Below the pieces are notes generated by a model. It did not search any database. It was given only the letters and a program-made list of their open reading frames with translations, and was not told the DNA's origin. From the NCBI RefSeq assembly GCF_004010195.1, contig NC_057755.1, positions 10,533,301 through 10,574,721 on the forward strand: DNA of 41,421 nucleotides, written 5' to 3'. The position numbers were made by a program, and so were the translations under genes. The stretch is from Chiloscyllium plagiosum (lineage: Eukaryota). Every line of letters starts with the position of its first letter. The stretch's first letter is position 1. This document shows positions 21,870 through 33,118 of the stretch, in pieces.

Positions 21870-24800
21870 CTGTTTCCTGGCATGCTGTGATATTTTTGAA
21901 TACTCCAGCTCTATTTAATCATAATCTAAAATTTGACACATCGTCCAAATATGTGGTCTCTGAATTCTAACTTACAGATTTCTCATTAATCAATTTTAAC
22001 AGTCCTCTCACTTCATGTCGAATAACTAATTCAATTTCACTGAATTTGGTTGATTAATTTGGTGCATCTCTGATCAGAAAAAGCACAGACGGAATTCCCT
22101 TATCCCAATCATCTGGATCTTCTTGACTATCAGGCCTTAACATAGTCTATAAAGTCTGATGCCACTTTTCTCCTGCTCCCTGCCATTCAGGATCGTATGC
22201 AGTAGAAGTTAATTAGTTTATTCCTAAACTGTCCATGACTTCCTTGAATAATGTTGATGTGAAGTTTGACCCTTGATGTGTTTGTATCTCTGTGGATAAT
22301 CTGTATCTAGTGAAACATGTGACTAATCCCTTTCGATGCGGTATTGCGTAATTGGATGTGCTCAATAAATGTCAACACATTTATTATTGTTAACAAATAC
22401 TGATTTGCACTTTTTTATTTTAGATCGGGGTCCTAAAATCAATTAAGTCTCTTGCAAAATGTTCTTTAATGTAGGTATGATGATTAAAAGTGCAGGTTTT
22501 ATTACTGCCTGTGGTTTTGCAGTTAGCAGACATGTATGACACGTCTGGCAAAATTCAACTAAGCCTTGTGCAGTCCAGGCCAGTAAGAATGTTTTTGCAT
22601 TTTAGCTTGTGTTTTCCTCACCCCTAAATGATCTGCTAATGGTAGATCCTGCACCACTTGCAACACTACCTTTCTTTACCCCGTTGAAAATACAATTTGA
22701 TAAACTTCTGTCCATGTCTTATTTGGCTGAATATGTGGTGGCCTCCATTTCCTCATTAGGACATAAGTTTGAGATAAAAACGTTCAGGGATACATTTGGG
22801 TTCCTTTTCTGTGTATGCCTTTAGATACAATTGCTTTCAGTTTTCATCTTTCTGCTGTAACTTAGTTAATTTATGTGAGCTAAAGATGTCTGCCATGTCA
22901 TATATCTGCTCCTGCTTTGTGCCAACCAGATGATCAAACAAGGTCTCTGGGGATTGCATTTCAACGTTCTTATCTGTACTCTTTCATATCTCATGTTTCA
23001 ATTGGTGGCCTTATGATCTCGTTTCCACATATTCCGGAAAAATTCCAGGATATGTGTCCTGCAATGGTTTAATTGCCTGAGTTTCCACTTACTTTCCAAC
23101 CACAGTAGGCAGCATTCCTTTCAGTGAATTCGCTTTCTCATTAGCAAGGCCAAATTGTATTCCTGGAGCTGAAAGTTTGTCCAGTACTCCTTCCACAAAT
23201 TCTCCTCTCTTCATGTACATTCTAACCTCACTTTATATAATTGAGTGTTTTTTTGTCTCACTGTGAATTCCCATTACTAGTACCTTTCCTGGCAACAGTC
23301 CTTCAGAAGTACATATCTCATCATCTTTCAGCATCACGGACTGAGAGGATCCTTTGTCTCTTCATATTGTAACATCTTTACCTTCTGCTCCTGGCCATAT
23401 GCAAGTAAACTTTATCTTCGCGTGTGGTTTAAGAAGATCAGGTACGCCCTTCTTTAGCAACCACCAACTAGGTTGTACGTTCTGGTGCAGCTTTCTAACC
23501 TCCGGTGTGCTTTCAGTCATCATTCCAACAAAATTCACTGGCTTATTCTGTTTTTCTACATCTGGCTTTCCAGTGCTTCTCCTAACCCACCAACACTGTT
23601 ATTTAATGTGGCCTACTGTATTTTAGTGAAACACCAGAGCTTTTTAACTTCTCTTTTACCCTCTGGTAAGTTTTCCGGATGATCCTCACCAAGGACTCCC
23701 TTTCTCTTTCCACATGAGGATTTATCTTTTCCTAATTTCTATCCCTCATAGATTAAAATTGATTTAGGAAGTCAAACGTCGATTCATGAACCAGCCATTT
23801 CAGCTGGTAATCATGCCACTTTAACTCTCTGTGCTTCTACATGAGTTCTCACTATTTCAGGAAGTGAACTTTTGAAGTACACCAAAATAAATATTTTTCT
23901 AAGAGCATTACAGGTTTGCGCTGTTTTATCACCTATCAAAACTACTTTATTTGATCCTTTTAAACTCAATGTAGATTTGACTAGGTTCCCTCCATCAATT
24001 CCTGAAATATTTTCTGTCGAGTTCTGGCACAATTTCATATGCACTTAAGATGCACGTCCTTGTATGTCCTAGATACCTCCTCTGATAGTTATGCAAATAC
24101 CTCACTAGCTCTACCTACAAGTTGTATTTGGATCAGCAAAACCCGCATGGTCACTGGTCACCACATTTGTTCAGCCACCTTTCCAAATGAGATGAAAAAA
24201 GGCTTCCACATCCTTCTCATCAATTTTAGGCAATGGATAAATATACTTAATCAGTTTCTCGAGCAGCCTTTGGCTTCCATGGGTTTACTCATCCTCACTA
24301 ATCTTACCTTCAGCCTTCATTTCCATCCTTTTAAGCTGACTTTCCTTCTAAGTGCCAATTTCTGAAATTCAAAGTCTCTCTCTTTCTTACTTTGCTCTTT
24401 TTTCTCTCTCCTCTCTTGCCTTTTTTCTTTCCTCTGCTTTTAATTGTAATTCCTTGCTTTTTGTGTCTCCCTTAAGCTACCTCATTTTCAATTGAATGTT
24501 GGCCAACTGTAAAGATTCCGATGGCATTTCCAGCAAATCCAAATGCCGAATTATTGCTGTAATTAACTCTCCTTTCCTCACAGAAGGAGGCAGTTCCACC
24601 TCCAGCCTGTCTGCTAATTCTAGCAACTTGGCATTAATGACCATTTGCAAAATCCCCCATGGTCACATTTTGCACCCCCAGAAATCTCTTGGTGACTGAA
24701 AGAACCATTGCTATCCCAAACATTGTTTAAACCAAAAGATGCTAACACTTTCCAGTCGCTTGCATCAAGTTCAACAACTCTAATCCCAATTTCGAACTGC

Positions 24801-25415
24801 AGAACCAATCCCACAAAGAGACTCCAACCTGTACAGACCAGGTCAGATACCTCAAACTATTTAAAAATGTAGCCCAGACCCTAACTTTGCAAGTTGTTTC
24901 AAGCAGTTGTAAAGTGGATATTTCAGGAGAGAATCAGCTGGTCATACCATTTAGTGTTAAACAAAACAGAAATTATGTTCAAGTTTACCGAACGAAACAC
25001 AAACAAATAACTTAACTTCTCCGAAAACCCAACAGGTTATCCAAATTTAATGATACTCTTTCCAATACTTGTAAAAATCCCCATAAACACCCCTGGCACA
25101 AAAGGTAAGATTAAACACAAGTACTTATAGGATAGAAGTCAGAGAGAGAGGACCAGCCTGGACCATCTGTGGTTCAGGCAGCCTTTACTTTTTTAAAAAA
25201 GACTAGATCAAAGCTGAACTGGGAGAACTGGCTACTCCTCTTTCATTGTACAACTTTTTTTTTAATTGGGAGCTCTGCCTGAAGTAGTGTCTGTTAGCTA
25301 TTATCAAATTGGCCCTAAAACCTTCCACTCCAGACTTTTTGGAGTCTGTCATTTACGACCGCTCTAAAAAAATCCAAGGACTGCATAACCTGGTTCAAGG
25401 AGCAGCTTCGTCACA
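21870..25415 (-). mobile_element. Degenerate Gmr1-type Gypsy retrotransposon: 5' LTR, gag (SCAN-like), protease, integrase; 3' part missing
   Basis: LTR 24830-25415 with TGT...ACA ends. Gag FFISFGKVAEQMW*PVTMRVLLIQIQLVGRASEVF (~24100-24200). Protease VTI*RDKGSSQS (~23350). Integrase HSYWPGLHK, EFCQTCHTC, QGSNFTSTLFKEVMDSLGI, RHEVRGLLKLI. Many stops and frameshifts. Confidence 0.85.
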
Positions 25416-25620
25416 ACTCTAACATCACTTTACTCAAATGAGGGCTTCTTGTCTCACTGTGAATTCTCGTTACTCTTTTCTTTTCTGGCAGTAGTCCTTC
25501 AGAGGTGCATATCTCCTCATCGTTTGGCCTCAAAGATTAAGAGTATCCTGTGTCTCTTAATATTGTAACCTCTTTACCTGCTACGGTTGGTCGCTGCAAA
25601 TACACTTTACCTTCGCAGTG
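25416..25620 (-). mobile_element. Protease fragment of a second, related Gypsy element
   Basis: GKEVTILRDTGYS*SLRPNDEEICTSEGLLPEK, homologous to ~23215-23430. Confidence 0.8.
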
Positions 25621-25689
25621 CCAAAGAAATAAGCTTGTGTTGTTTCTTTTCGGACCAAAGTAGATTTAGAACAGAGGCTATTAAATGTG

Positions 25690-26025
25690 CATAAAATTGA
25701 GAGTCATGGTGGATAGAAAGCAGTTAGTCATGTAACAAGGGGACATATTTTTAAAGTGAAAGGCAGGAGGTTTAGAGGGGATTTGAGGCAAAGCCTTTTC
25801 ACCTAGAGGTTCTGGGGGTCTGGAATGTGCTGCCTGGGAGGTTAGTTGAGGCAGGAAAACCACACAACCTTTAAAAAGAACTTGGATGATATCATTAAGT
25901 ATCTTAACATTCAAAGCTATGGGACTAATGTGGGAAAGTGGGCTTAGTGTAGGAAGTAGTATCTTTTTGGTGGGACAGACATGATTGGCTAAAGGTCATC
26001 TTCTGTACTGTATTATTCTACGATT
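25690..26025 (+). mobile_element. CR1 3' fragment
   Basis: AGGGGACATATTTTTAAAGTGAAAGGCAGGAGGTTTAGAGGGGATTTGAGG...TGGAATGTGCTGCC...CTGTACTGTATTATTCTA. Confidence 0.75.
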
Positions 26026-26427
26026 TAACATAATTTTCATGGGAGACTCGTGGATTAGAAAAACCATCGCAGGAGAATTAACAATGAACGATTTGTTCAT
26101 CAAACAACAAAGAAAAAGTTTTTCTTACAAATCCAACTTCATTCTAGGTCGATAATGTAGAATGGATAGTCCGCAGCAGAATAAACTCTGCTGTCTACAC
26201 GAGTTGTGTTTGAGAAACACATGAACTGCGTGGAGAGCGATAGTGGAATGAAGTGTTGACAATCACAGACATTTTAGGCAATACGTGATTAAAAGGACGG
26301 GAACACACAGTCTATCTGTAAAATTGCAGTGTCAATGTTAATGTGGCAGAGAGAAAGAGAGAGACCCAGCCTCAGTCAGAAACTAAACTGAAACTGCAGT
26401 CTAAACTTACAAAGGGAATCTTAGTTT

Positions 26428-27667
26428 TCATGTCTTCAGTTTAGAAAAAGTCTTGAAACATAGTCTCCATAAATCTTTAAATGCTTCCTTCAGTTCCTCC
26501 CTGAATTTCCTCTGGGTTGCTGCATAAATGCAAGTGTTAGGGCATGAACTCAAAAATTCCAACATGATTCCAGCCTCGGTGATGTAGTATCTAGGACTGA
26601 AGCGATCACCTCGGTAATAAGAGGTGGTAACTAATCCAGTTATTGCAAAGCTAACAACTGCCATCAGCCACAGCAGGATGAAGCTATCTGATACGGCGAA
26701 GAGTAAAAGGATGGAATGTTTTCGGTTCTCTATCTCGAGGTCTTGATCACTCTTCCCACGTGTCCCTCTCAGTCCACTGCGGACTCTGCTGCCGACCAAG
26801 ATCCGTCTGATTGTCAGAGAGTTAAACAGTATGATGAATGTGAAGGGAAGGCATACAACCCAGGCAACATGAAACCAGGCGTAGGCTGCCCCTGGTGGTG
26901 AAGAGAAGAAGCTTTCCCTTGTCCTGCAACCCCACTACATCTTGTTGATGATTTGCTGAGGTTCAAATGCAAAGATAAATGGAATGTTCTTTATCTCCAT
27001 CATGACACAGAATGCTACTGTAACGGTAACTGCAGTTTTCAGGGTGCAATGTCTTGTTCTAAACTTTTGGCAGCAGATAATTACAAACCTGTCAAATGTG
27101 AAGCTGGTAGTGAACCAAATGGACAAGTCGATGGTGACGGTGTTTACATATAAAATTAGCTTGCAAATGGGAGTGAATGTCAATAATGAAAATGGAAAAT
27201 TAAAGCTGAAAATGTGTTATAGCATCACACTGATGAGCATCACCATGATCTGCTCTTGTCATGGCCACCACGTAGATGGATATACATTTGGAAAGGCTAC
27301 AGTTCCTTTTGGAAAGAATCACAAATGTCATTGGGTTTGCTGTAGAAACAAAAGAAAGAGATACTGGCAACAATGAGTTAGAAACTTTGGTCAGAGTGGT
27401 GCTGGTAACTCACAGCACATCAGGCAGCATCCAAGGAGCAGGAAAATCGACATTTCGGGCAATTTGCCTGAAACGTCAATTTTCCTGCTCCTCGAATGCT
27501 GCCTGACCAGCAATGCTTTTCCCACACCACTCTAATCTAAACTCTCGTTTCTGATATCTGCAGTCCTCACTTCTACCTAATGAGTTAGAAATGCTCACCA
27601 GGAACACCAAAGGCAGCAAGAATCGAGTAGCAATTTCGTCTAACAACAGAATAGCTGGCTGTCCCAT
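26428..27667 (-). pseudogene. GPR139-like class A GPCR pseudogene, two exons (27667-27599; 27339-26428)
   Basis: MGQPAILLLDEI/YSILAAFGVP|ANPMTFVILSKRNCSLSKCISIYVVAM, SIWFTTSFTFDRFVIICCQK, LPFTFIILFNSLTIRRIL, ENRKHSILLLFAVS, LSSCPNTCIYAATQRKFREE. Exon 1 is 1 nt short; second frameshift near 27250; TAA 27219-27217; TAG 26937-26935. Confidence 0.92.
27385..27578. mobile_element. Palindromic Penelope-derived insert in the GPCR intron with perfect 13-bp TSD
   Basis: AATGAGTTAGAAA at 27372-27384 and 27579-27591; arms TCAGGCAGCATCCAAGGAGCAGGAAAAT / ATTTTCCTGCTCCTCGAATGCTGCCTGA. Confidence 0.88.
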
Positions 27668-27718
27668 TTTTATGATGCTAATATTTTAACTCTGAGCCTC
27701 TGGTTGTTAGAGAACCTG

Positions 27719-27726
27719 TTTTTATA
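27719..27726 (-). promoter_or_regulatory. Candidate TATA box of the GPCR gene
   Basis: TATAAAAA ~50 bp upstream of the ATG; a TATAAA at a similar distance (30045-30050) in the second paralog. Confidence 0.45.
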
Positions 27727-28892
27727 GATGCTTCAATCCTCCTGAGAGGGACACGTGTACGAACTCCCATTGCCTCTGTCGTACCGTGGAACGTTTACCA
27801 GCCCCAGTTGCCCCCGTGGGAGGAGTTACCACATGATAAAATGCTGGCCCTCAATGTCACCTCAACACATTGCAAAGAGCTGAAAATAAAACGTGAAGTG
27901 TGTTTGAACCTTTGAATACTGAGAGCAGACAGATCAGAGTGAGGGTGGGAATGAGAATGACAATGTGACAGAATTGAGATGTTATTGTCATGTTTCCTGA
28001 ATGAACACAAGTGCTCAGTCAAGTGAACACCAAGTTGGAATTATGTTCCACAAAAACAGGAAGTGGAGTATTGAACAGTGAGGACAGTGTATCGACATTT
28101 TAAAAAGGAGCAACGGATTTGATGGATTTCTGTCGGGACACGTCAGGATCCAGGGACTGAGAAAGGAGGCAGTAAGATGGTTGATATTGCATCTCTTCCC
28201 TTGACACAGACAGGCTATTTCCAGTCTGTGGTACAAGTCCCGAAATGCACTTCCGTAACGGGACTGATTCTAATGAGCATCCCCCACAATGCAGACCAAA
28301 TTGTGAGAAAATAATTTATTCACCCTTCTCATTCTGTTCGTACCGTTAAATCATTTGACGCATGAATCCACTTCAATCTATGTAATCCTTCCTCAGAGAA
28401 TAGATTATTCTTCAACCTGAAAATTAAATCTCAATAATTATCAATAGGGCGTAGCTTCTAATATTGAGGGTGAGTAATGATACTACTTTTAAAATTCTTT
28501 TACTGCACTCTTTCAAATTATTGTATTTATTAACGACAGACACCCAACTGGCGAGCATACAGCTATTAAGATTTCCTAATTGTGAGTTTGAGTCATAGAT
28601 TATACAACACTGACACAGACCCTTCACTCCAACACATTAATGCTGCCCTGATATCCCAATCTGATTTAGACCGATTTGGAAGGATAACTATTTGTGAGAC
28701 CGATCGTATGTTAGTGAAGGATCAGAAATCAAGTGTTAATCAGTATTTTATGCGTCTTTGTGAAAAACTGTTAGAGATGACAGAGGTGTCTTCGAAAATT
28801 TTCTCAACCTTTATGTTAGGCCTCCAAAATACCAGGTATCATTCGGTTATTGTCATCAGAGATGGTACAATTCCTAAAAACCATATCATTGG

Positions 28893-29067
28893 AGCAGCAC
28901 AGTGCCTCAGTATTCAGGACCGCAGTCTCACAGTGCCAGAGGCGCGGGCTCAATTCCCGCTTCAGTGACTGTCTGTGTGCAGTTTCCACATTCTCCTCGT
29001 TTCTGGTGGGTTTGCGCCAGGTACTCCGGCTTCCTCCCACAATCCAAAGATATGCAGGTTAGGCTGA
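28893..29067 (+). mobile_element. HE1 SINE 5' part
   Basis: GCACAGTGCCTCAG (A-box-like), GGGCTCAATTCCC (B-box-like), CCTCCCACAATCCAAAGATATGCAGGTTAGG. Confidence 0.8.
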
Positions 29068-29079
29068 GCATCCAAATAA

Positions 29080-29757
29080 TTTGGATGCGATATAAAGAGG
29101 TACAGTTAGTAAGTTTGCAGATGAAACCAAAATTGAAGATGGAGTGGACAGCGAAGAATGTTATCTCAGATTACAACAGGATCTTGATCAGATGGGCCAA
29201 TGGGCTGAGACGTAGCAGATGGAATTTAATTCAGATAAATGCGAGGTGCTGCATTTTGGGAAAGTAAATCTTAGCAGGACTTATACACTTAATGGCAAGG
29301 TCCTAGGGAGTGTTGTTGAACAAAGAAACATCGGAGTGCTGGTTCATAGCTCCTTGAAAGTGGAGTCGCAGGAAGATAGGATAGTGAAGAAGGCGTTTGG
29401 TATGCTTTCCTTTATTGGTCAGAGTATTGAGTACAGGAGTTGGGAGGTCATGTTGCGGCTGTACAGGACATTGGTTAGGCCACTGTTGGAATATTGCGTG
29501 CAATTCTTGTCTCCTTTCTATCGGAAAGATGTTGGGAAACTTGAAAGAGTTCAGAAAAGATTTACAAGAATGTTGCCAGGGTTGAGGATTTGAGCTATAG
29601 GGAGAGGCTGAACAGGTTGGGGCTGTTTTCCCTAGAGCGTCGGAGGCTGAGGGGTGACCTGATAGAGGTTTACAAAATTATGAGGGGCATGGATAGGGTA
29701 AATAGGCAAAGTCTTTTCCCTGGGGTGGGGAAGTACAGAACTAGAGGGCATAGGTTT
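29080..29757 (+). mobile_element. CR1 ORF2 fragment, truncated at both ends
   Basis: SKFADETKI, MEFNSDKCEVLHFGK, LEYCVQF, RRLRGDLIEVYKIM, RTRGHRF, then an abrupt end with no 3' UTR. Confidence 0.92.
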
Positions 29758-29982
29758 GCAGTTTCTCCTGCAAAGAATCACAATTGTCAGGGTGTTTGCT
29801 GGAAGGAAAAACAGAGGAAGGTGACAATGATTAAATTCATTGCCAGGAAAGAACAGCATCCTTTGACATTATCCAAAAAATGTCAAGGAATAATTTAATT
29901 AGAAATGGTTATCAGCAACACCAATGGCCACGAGTGTTGGGTAATAAATGGCTCTTATCAGCAGAATAACTGGTTGTCCCGA
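29758..29982 (-). pseudogene. Second GPR139-like pseudogene: exon 1 (29982-29913) and start of exon 2 (29798-29758)
   Basis: (TCG in place of ATG) GQPVILLIRAIYYPTLVAIGVA | donor GT changed to AT | ttccag ANTLTIVILCRRNC, then CR1 sequence. Confidence 0.85.
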
Positions 29983-32029
29983 CTTCTAGTGGGAGTTGAA
30001 GCATCCAGCTGGTGCGCAACTGAGGCAATGTATATAACCGTTTGTTTATAGAAACTTATATTCTCCCGGCAAACAGTGATGAAATCATAATTAGCGTTAC
30101 CTTGAAACGTTCAGTAAATAGAGTCAGGTCAGCTGTTTTGTACGTATCAGGTTAAAGAAAAATAACATTGCTATAAGATAATCAAAATAATTAAAATGTT
30201 CAATGTGGAAATTATCCCACTGTGCTTTGCTGAAACATTTTCCTCCAGCAAGTGTGAGAATCAGACATCGGCTTCAATGTAATGTTTGGTTTCTCACAAT
30301 CCGAGAACATAAAGTACAAACAAGGAGTCAATAAGAATTGGGATCCAGAACTCAGAGCACTTAGACAAAATGACAACCTGAATATCCAGGGCTATAGCAC
30401 TCTGTGAATGACACAACGTTGAGCGAAAGTCAGGTATATGTAACTGTTAACTAACGATGTTATTGATACAATGGAGAGAGAGCCGTAGCATTCAGATCAA
30501 GATATTGAATCAGTTTGGTTCGAGATGAGAGAGTGAAGGGATGGTGTTGTTAAGAGCTTGGGCTGTGGATCATAGGGTCATAGGGTCGACTGATGGAGGC
30601 CAGTGAGCCAAGAGCCTTCTTCACTGATCTGCCTAACTGTGACTTTTCTCCTTAAGGCCATGTCATTGACCATGAAACTCTGACTTTTATTTCACTTTCC
30701 AAAATGCAAGTCTTCACATTTGTCCATATTAATCTATATTTACCATTTCACAGCCCACTTCCCCAGGTGAGCAAGGGCCTGCTGCAATTCCTGATAACCT
30801 TCCTCATTGTCCACAATGCCACCTATTGTAGTGCCATCTGCAAACTTAACAAACAGCACAGCACAGAAATAGACACTTAGGCCCAACTACTCTATGACAA
30901 CCAGATTTCCTAAACAAATCTCATCCCATTTATCAGCACTTAGCCCATATTGCTCTTAACCATTTCTATTCATATATCCATCCCGGTGCCTCTTATATAT
31001 TGTAATTGTACCAGCCTCCAATATTTTTTCTGACAGCTCATTCCGTGCACGCACCACCATCTAGGAAACATTTGGGAAGAAATAACGATGACTGCGTGAA
31101 ACATACTCTGGAATCAAAGGTGATTTTAATTGACTTATCCACCAGTTATTTAGGTAGTTTAGGTTTGGCAGCAATGCAGGAGAAAATACAGAGTTCAACT
31201 CCATTTCTCTCCCGACACGTACTGCCATACCTGCTCAGTTTTCCCTGTAATTTCTATTTTTGTTTCTTTCAGCTGCCTGTCATCTGCAGGTCTTGCTTTT
31301 ATCTTAAAGGAGATTAAATAAGAGTCCAATGTCTGATTGTGGCACACATTCAAAGAGCAATACATTCTACAGCTAACCAGACAGCAGACAATGTTAGATC
31401 TGCTAATGCCACAATAACACAGGGTATTCATGACCACAAAATGAAGGTACCCCTTGGTAACAGTGATCTTAACATAAATAGGTATCATTTCAGGTTTGAG
31501 AGGGAAATGAGTGGTTCTAAAGATGGAGATTTCACCTTAAATAGGCCAACTGTGAGGACACCAGGATGAAGTGAATTTTTGAATCAGGTCATGCACGAGG
31601 TTTAGTCCAGACATTGTGTCAGACAGTTGAAAAGATATTTCAGAATACACAGCACAAGTACAATTTAACAAGAACAAACGTTTGCAATGGAATAATGCAT
31701 GAAGTGAACTGAAGTATTTAAACATTTAAAACGCATTCATTGCCAAAGTAAGAAGAATGTAAAAGAGTAGGAACGCTGCAATGACTTTTTTTTTAAAAAA
31801 TGGCTTATTAAGAAAGGGAAACCTGTTTAGGAGACAAACAAAATAGGGAGAAATATAACAACAGATAGTAAGTGTATCTATCGGCATTATTGAACGTAAA
31901 AACAATATTTTCATGAACTGGTTTTCTGGAGAATGTATTTGGGGAATATATGCTGAAAAATAAGGAAATGACAGATATTAAAACCCCAATTAGATACAGA
32001 ACTAACTTGTTTTTTCTTGTAATCTACAT

Positions 32030-32390
32030 CACTCAATGCGATCATGTCTGATCTAACAAGCCTCCACTCCACTTTTCTGCCTTTTCTCCATAACTCTTCA
32101 TTCCCTTCCTGATTCAAAATTTGTCTCTCTCAGCCTTGAATATACTTAATGACCAAACTTTGACATCCCGCTGCAGTAAAGAATTACAGAGATTCACTGC
32201 GCTCTGAAAGAAGAATTTACTGCTCATCCCTGTACGACTCTTTGTTCTGGGATTATACCCTCTATTCCAGACTCTCCCAAAAGGGGAATAATCTCTCCAC
32301 ATCTACTCTTTCGTTTCCTCTAAGAATATTGTATATTTCAATAAGCTCTCCTCTCGTCCTTCTACATTCCAGTGAGTACAGGCATAATCT
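32030..32390 (-). mobile_element. Old CR1 3' fragment
   Basis: ORF 32114-32302 FFFQSAVNLCNSLLQR...LSIFKAERDKF resembles the CR1 ORF2 end. Confidence 0.7.
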
Positions 32391-32618
32391 TGTCACTGCC
32401 TCCTTCACAGACAGTGTGTCTGGGTAAGAGGAGAAGAGGTGGTGGACGGGATTCAGAAGACAGTGGTCACACTAATCAAAATATAAACTATGTTTCACTC
32501 TCCAAAGATGTTGTCAGTCCTGCTGACTATAAAGATGTTCTTGAAATCTTCGGTTCATTCTTCCATTCATACGTTTTAAAAAGAAAATCATCCAGATGAT
32601 TGCATGAAACAAGTTAGA

Positions 32619-33118
32619 NNNNNNNNNNNNNNNNNNNNNNNNNNNNNNNNNNNNNNNNNNNNNNNNNNNNNNNNNNNNNNNNNNNNNNNNNNNNNNNNNN
32701 NNNNNNNNNNNNNNNNNNNNNNNNNNNNNNNNNNNNNNNNNNNNNNNNNNNNNNNNNNNNNNNNNNNNNNNNNNNNNNNNNNNNNNNNNNNNNNNNNNNN
32801 NNNNNNNNNNNNNNNNNNNNNNNNNNNNNNNNNNNNNNNNNNNNNNNNNNNNNNNNNNNNNNNNNNNNNNNNNNNNNNNNNNNNNNNNNNNNNNNNNNNN
32901 NNNNNNNNNNNNNNNNNNNNNNNNNNNNNNNNNNNNNNNNNNNNNNNNNNNNNNNNNNNNNNNNNNNNNNNNNNNNNNNNNNNNNNNNNNNNNNNNNNNN
33001 NNNNNNNNNNNNNNNNNNNNNNNNNNNNNNNNNNNNNNNNNNNNNNNNNNNNNNNNNNNNNNNNNNNNNNNNNNNNNNNNNNNNNNNNNNNNNNNNNNNN
33101 NNNNNNNNNNNNNNNNNN
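32619..33118. other. Assembly gap (500 N)
   Basis: Run of exactly 500 N. Confidence 1.

Noticed and set aside
28582..31569. ORFs 28582-28968 and 31339-31569 as host genes
   Set aside because: No recognisable homology; the first runs through repeat fragments.
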